NCBI GenBank assembly: GCA_041659445.1
Contig: JBAZYG010000001.1
Location: forward strand, 30,001-62,000
Source of the DNA: Candidatus Saccharimonadota bacterium
GTDB lineage: Archaea; Nanobdellota; Nanobdellia; Pacearchaeales; GW2011-AR1
Reading direction: 5' to 3'
DNA length: 32,000 bases
Shown here: positions 31,517-32,000 of the stretch, piece by piece
Position numbering within the stretch: the first letter of the stretch is position 1
Layout: every line of letters begins with the position of its first letter
Made by a program: the position numbers and the translations under genes
The notes under the pieces: model-generated
Seen by the model: only the letters and a program-made list of their open reading frames with translations
Told to the model about the DNA's origin: nothing
The model's database searches: none

Positions 31517-31939
31517 TTATGGAAAAAGATATTTTTCTTTTAATGAAGGGTTTATTATTAAAGGGTCTAAGTTTTTACTTGCATTTATTCCAGGCTCATT
31601 GTAATAAATAATGCATAATCTATCAAAAGGCAATCTTCCTTCCATTCTGCCTCGAGTTCCAATTAAATCAGATTCTAAATTACTTTTGCTAATTTCAAGA
31701 AATTTTTCAAACCTTGAATTTTCTATTTCTATAAAAAGTTTCTCTAAACAATTTTTATTTTTTGAATAAGAAATATTTATTTCTTTTTTATTTGAATTAT
31801 TTTTTATTTTTAATTGAATTAATATTTGTTTTTCTCCAAAAGATAAGCATTCTATTATTTTTCCTTGTTGTAAATCTGGAATATCTGTTTCATATAAATT
31901 TATTCCTAAGAAATTTATTCCAGTATATTTTGCAATCAT
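31517..31939 (-). CDS. hypothetical protein (140 aa)
   Basis: ORF with native codon usage. I recognise no motif. Confidence 0.45.
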   Translation of the reverse strand: MIAKYTGINFLGINLYETDIPDLQQGKIIECLSFGEKQILIQLKIKNNSNKKEINISYSKNKNCLEKLFIEIENSRFEKFLEISKSNLESDLIGTRGRMEGRLPFDRLCIIYYNEPGINASKNLDPLIINPSLKEKYLFP

Positions 31940-32000
31940 ATTTTCAATCCTTTATTTTATGTTCCCTTCAAATTCCTCAAATGAAGAAATCTCATAAAAT

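Noticed and set aside
1-32000. Search for CRISPR arrays, integrases, transposases, toxin-antitoxin pairs or known defence genes
   Set aside because: I saw no regularly spaced direct repeats and no recognisable recombinase, nuclease or defence-system motifs. The tandem small ORFs at 29218-29838 have no TA-like features I can support.

Overview
Very AT-rich, gene-dense archaeal window. The archaeal markers are TFE, aIF-1A, GatD/GatE, deoxyhypusine synthase, archaeal-type ProRS and AspRS, and a tRNA with a bulge-helix-bulge (BHB) intron. The compact architecture looks like a small-genome DPANN-type archaeon, but that is an inference from gene content and composition only. I support about 38 protein genes and 2 tRNA genes: tRNA-Asn(GUU) and an intron-containing tRNA-Arg(UCG). 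Translation functions dominate: LeuRS, AlaRS, ProRS, AspRS and AsnRS, GatD and GatE, DHS plus an agmatinase-like gene, Taw3, aIF-1A and a KH protein. The rest includes FtsZ, a rhomboid protease, a SpoIIM-like protein, a DisA-type diadenylate cyclase, two paralogous DHH/DHHA1 phosphoesterases, other hydrolases and several small unknown ORFs. I saw no CRISPR array, integrase, transposase or prophage signal. The main oddities are: (1) a YdeN-like serine hydrolase fused in frame to a LeuRS that begins at the CP1 editing domain, with no HIGH-containing half in view; (2) short GC-rich islands with foreign codon usage inside or next to conserved genes, including an exactly 16-codon double hairpin inside LeuRS; (3) a DisA-DHH two-gene module; (4) a diverged duplicate of the aspS 3' end just downstream of aspS; (5) a GatE lacking the AspRS-like insertion domain, within a dense aaRS/amidotransferase cluster interleaved with small unknown ORFs; (6) TATA boxes at a fixed distance that predict leaderless mRNAs and leaderless tRNAs, in contrast to ftsZ, which has a long structured leader. 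All calls rest on motif recognition by eye. No database search or folding program was run.
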